DNA of 56,434 nucleotides, filler included, from Stramenopiles sp. TOSAG23-2 (Eukaryota): NCBI GenBank assembly GCA_900128395.1. It is 4 parts of 4 records of this genome, joined end to end, with 100 filler letters (N's around TTAATTAATTAA, not from the genome) between each part and the next. Parts side by side here need not be neighbours in the genome. Positions count along the whole stretch, not along the records: positions 42,432 to 56,434 come from LT649775.1; 3 more parts are not named here. One strand, 5' to 3'. Shown piece by piece: positions 52,765 to 56,434 of this stretch (position 1 is its first letter; each line of letters starts with the position of its first letter). The notes under the pieces were generated by a model. It saw only the letters and a program-made list of their open reading frames with translations, ran no database searches and was not told where the DNA came from. The position numbers and the translations under genes were made by a program.

Positions 52765-53622
52765 AACTTTAGGTTCAATATGTATATATAGTTACGTTTC
52801 TTAAGATTTCGATGCTTTTGATAATATATACTTTTTATGTTGACGGCATACTTTTGTTTATTCTTTTATATTTGTGCCTAATACAGTATATATAACATGT
52901 GTATTTTCAACAATATATATAATAATATTAATGTGCTAACCAGCTAATATCATCAACAATCAAAAAAAAAAATGATGATGAGACAAACAATACTATAATA
53001 GCTACTGGTATGTGGTATAATATGCTGGTTTCGAAAACAATGAAAAAAACGTGAAAACTATTATTTATTATATAATACGAAGTATTACGAAGCTTCTAGA
53101 TCTAACTGACGTACGCAGCTCTGGTATACCATAGTATTAAGTAATCGTAATAGAATTTACTAGCCGGCTAGCAACTTTTTGCTTCCTTAGCTCTAGCTGT
53201 AGCCAGCTAGGTAGCTAAAAAAGCTGTGGAGCACCTACACGTACAATTATACAGTAGCTTTACAACACACTGCAATAGCATGAGTTTATCAATCAAATAT
53301 TCACATATTGTACTTATTTCTCCCCTATACGAAAACCATGAAAATCTCACAGATCACAGATCGCCAAAAAAAGTGAAACCTGGCTTACAACAAGCACAAC
53401 AACAAAAAAAAACTCTCTCCATGGCTCTCGCACTGGCACTCTCCTCACCGTTATAATTATTATTAGCATAGTCGTTGAGCAGAGAAAAAAAAAAAAGATG
53501 AATGGCAAACCGTGGGCAACCTACATATGATGACCACATCATATATATATATATAATAGTATACATATTGCAATTTAGAACAGGTATTATACAACGGTGC
53601 AATAATAATAAAAATAGAAAAA

Positions 53623-55695
53623 ATGGCTGATGGATTGCATCCTGCAGTCTCACAAACTAAAAAATTATTACGTTCTAATTGGCATTTATCAGAAGTTGCA
53701 GGGTCTTTTGTACCGGGTGGTCGGGAAAGTGCAACTTTAGACTGGATTAATAATAATTTGTATGTATTTGGTGGTTTGGAAATGGGTTCTAGGAGTCAAT
53801 CACTTTTGAAGTTTGATACATCAACACACCGTTGGTATGAATATCCAAACCTAGAAAATGCACCTCAACCACGTTGTTCACACTCATCATGGGTTATAGG
53901 TAATAAATTATTTATATTTGCTGGTGAAGGTAAAGGCTTAAATAGTACTGACAAAATGACGGAGGAGGAAAAAGGTTATTTTGGAACAGAAGAGAAATAT
54001 TCCGTAAAATCGTCTGACGTCTTTAAAGAACCAAAAGAAATCCGAGGGATTCGCAGAATTTGTTATGATAACATTGTATGCTTTGATACAGAAGAGGAAA
54101 CATGGACGCCAATACGTAGTGGTTTATCTCCGTTGCCTAGAAAAGGCCATTCAAGTGTTATTGTTGGTGAGAATCCAAAGGATGCAACGTTAGTGATATT
54201 TGGTGGTGCACCATCGGGTACAGGTAGGCCGATGAACGATTTGCACACAGTAGGGACAGCGAATTTAATAGATGGAGTGGCGATGTGGTCGAAAAAGAAA
54301 CCATCTGGACCATCCCCATCTCCACGATATGGTCATGCATGTGTAAGTGTTAGTGCATCCGCAGAAATTTTAAGCGGTTCGATTACTGGTAATGCTATTG
54401 GTAGCAAAGGCTGCATGATATTATTTGGTGGCACGGCAGGTACGGGTGAATTATTTAATGATGTACATATGTATGATATAGAGGCCAATGACTGGCAACC
54501 TTTAGTGTGTCAAGGGCAAATACCCGCGCCTCGCTATGGCCACAGTGCCCAAATCATCCCACACAGTACCTCACAAAATGCTGGACTTGATGAACCATTG
54601 TTAGTTACATATGGTGGTGTCATGCGTAATGGTACAGAAAATAGTTTTTCGAGAGATTTACACATATTACATTTAAAAAATCGTCATTGGACATTAGTCA
54701 AGACCTCTCATTTATTTCCATCACCACGTTATGGCCATACAATAGTTTTAAATCCAAATATTAAACCATGGTATCATGGTGTTCCACTACCACCAAAACC
54801 AGATGATAGGCATGAAAGCAAGGAAATGATTGCGAAACGGGACGCTTACCAACAATTTCAAGTTGGTACTGGAGATGCAGTTTCATTTGGAACTATGTTT
54901 CTATTTGGTGGATTAAATTCAATGTATTGCTCTGGTGAGTTATGGACTGGCTGGTTAGAAATGAGAAATCCAGGGGGGCAATTTGCATTTACTGGCAATA
55001 TGAACCCGAAACCACAAAGATTAGGCAAAGCGGCTGCAATGATAGAACAGCTTGAAAATGTTGTTATGGCAGAGAAAAAACAACGTTTAAAAGCAGACGC
55101 TTTGTTGATGCGGGAAAAAGATGCAAAATTGCGAGTTCAAGATGAAGCAAAAGAGCTGAGAGATACCATTGCGACGTTGCGTACAGAAAAGCGTGAAATG
55201 GAGGAACAATACAAAGAAGAAATGGAAAATTTGATGTTTAAGTATGAGGAAGAACAAAAACGCTGCGTAAAATTAAGAACAGAATTAAGAGAAGCGCATA
55301 ATTTGCTTTGCCTAGTCGATTTATCAAGCAATTTAAGATTGCAAGTGTGGCAATCACGAGCAAAAGATGCAGAAAAAAGAATAAGTGAAAATCCACGTAT
55401 GCTATCTGAAAGTGAAGGCATAGGAGGAAGGGAAAAAAGCAAGACGAATAATAATAATAATAATAATATTGACGAGGAAGGCAGTGAAATATCAAGTCAA
55501 TATTCTTCAATAGTAGAAGAAGAATCTAGGGTAGAGGATGATAATGAAGGGAAAATAGATGCTGGAAATAGTGACATTGTATTTAATAATAGAAAATCTA
55601 AAAGTAGAAGATTCAATAGAGGTGGTATATTATTAGATGAAGATAGTAGTAAAGATGCTCGTGGATTTCCAGTTTGGGATGATGATGAAGAGTAA
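53623..55695 (+). CDS. Kelch-repeat beta-propeller protein with C-terminal coiled coil and acidic tail (690 aa)
   Basis: About six PxPRxGHs...xxFGG...W repeats (PQPRCSHS, PLPRKGHS, PSPRYGHA, PAPRYGHS, PSPRYGHT), followed by an E/K/R heptad region. Confidence 0.9.
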   Translation: MADGLHPAVSQTKKLLRSNWHLSEVAGSFVPGGRESATLDWINNNLYVFGGLEMGSRSQSLLKFDTSTHRWYEYPNLENAPQPRCSHSSWVIGNKLFIFAGEGKGLNSTDKMTEEEKGYFGTEEKYSVKSSDVFKEPKEIRGIRRICYDNIVCFDTEEETWTPIRSGLSPLPRKGHSSVIVGENPKDATLVIFGGAPSGTGRPMNDLHTVGTANLIDGVAMWSKKKPSGPSPSPRYGHACVSVSASAEILSGSITGNAIGSKGCMILFGGTAGTGELFNDVHMYDIEANDWQPLVCQGQIPAPRYGHSAQIIPHSTSQNAGLDEPLLVTYGGVMRNGTENSFSRDLHILHLKNRHWTLVKTSHLFPSPRYGHTIVLNPNIKPWYHGVPLPPKPDDRHESKEMIAKRDAYQQFQVGTGDAVSFGTMFLFGGLNSMYCSGELWTGWLEMRNPGGQFAFTGNMNPKPQRLGKAAAMIEQLENVVMAEKKQRLKADALLMREKDAKLRVQDEAKELRDTIATLRTEKREMEEQYKEEMENLMFKYEEEQKRCVKLRTELREAHNLLCLVDLSSNLRLQVWQSRAKDAEKRISENPRMLSESEGIGGREKSKTNNNNNNNIDEEGSEISSQYSSIVEEESRVEDDNEGKIDAGNSDIVFNNRKSKSRRFNRGGILLDEDSSKDARGFPVWDDDEE

Positions 55696-56111
55696 TTAAA
55701 AAAAATCATGAGGGAGTGTATACATGTGTGTGTATGCATATATATTAAATACTTCGTACGTGATTTAAAAAAATACGACGACATATACGTATGATATATA
55801 TTACTTCGTACATATAATATTATATGATGATTAAATCTAAGTTATACGAGTACGATTCGTAATAATTTTACACTTCTCGTGTTAAGTAGTATCATAATAT
55901 GCTCAATACCCAATCGCAAGAATAATATTCTATCCTACTACGTTCGTACGACGTAATTCGTATAGTAAAGCTCTAATATGCACCTCTGCAAACTAATACT
56001 TCACCAAATTATATGATATATGCATACATAGACCACACACCGTGTGCGTATATATCGTATAAAAAAAAACTTTCATACGACACTCTTGATCTCGTGTATT
56101 TTTTGCTTTTT

Positions 56112-56113
<2 letters not shown>

Positions 56114-56145
<32 letters not shown>
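56114..56145. repeat. (TC)16 microsatellite
   Basis: Perfect dinucleotide run. Confidence 0.85.
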
Positions 56146-56151
<6 letters not shown>

Positions 56152-56434
56152 TTTGTCTAAGATTGCACACGTATGATATGATACCGTTTTGTCTTTCAGT
56201 TTTTATGATTTTATATATACTGTATTCGTATGAATTTGTTATTTAAATATAAATTAACGTTAATTTTCATTTTTGGTTTTGTTGTTTAAAATATTGTGAT
56301 AGCTTTGGCTGTGAATTGTTTAGTTTCTCTTTTTTTCTCTTTTTTTTACTGTTTGATGATGTGCTAGATTTATTCTTTATGGTAGACATAGTAATAACTT
56401 TTCTCATACCAGTCGTCAATGGAATTGTCCCATT

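Noticed and set aside
1-56434. rRNA, tRNA, transposase, integrase or viral hallmark genes
   Set aside because: None recognised by eye; tRNAscan-SE, Infernal and HMM searches would be needed to exclude them formally.

Overview
Eukaryotic, AT-rich, gene-dense DNA from a probable heterotrophic protist (stramenopile-like, inferred from gene content and style; not proven). The window is not one locus. It is four contigs of about 14 kb (1-14076, 14177-28210, 28311-42331, 42432-56434; lengths 14076, 14034, 14021, 14003, i.e. descending) joined by artificial 100-nt spacers (N44-TTAATTAATTAA-N44), so gene neighbourhood means something only within a contig. About 21 protein-coding genes are visible, apparently all single-exon. 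Contig 1 holds a giant 4025-aa MyTH4 myosin whose tail is about 24 tandem copies of an unrecognised ~105-aa repeat, plus a Coa1-like gene. Contig 2 holds a KCTD9-like BTB-pentapeptide protein, a cupin, a NOXRED1-like reductase, a degenerate 2OG-oxygenase-like ORF, a methyltransferase, a bacterial-type esterase, a coiled-coil protein and mitochondrial SHMT. Contig 3 holds a PhyH dioxygenase, a TMEM245-like protein, a 2OG-Fe oxygenase with a probable chromo-barrel/Tudor tail, a calmodulin/light-chain-like protein, MIC60, an atypical Rab7-like GTPase and a gap-truncated SAM-TIR-TPR protein. Contig 4 holds a secreted Gly-X-Thr/coiled-coil protein, a WD40-like protein, an OXR1-like TLDc protein, a CASTOR/POLLUX-like channel and a Kelch protein. 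The best novelty candidates are the giant repeat-tailed myosin and the SAM-TIR-TPR putative immune NADase. All domain calls are by-eye motif recognition; no database searches were run.
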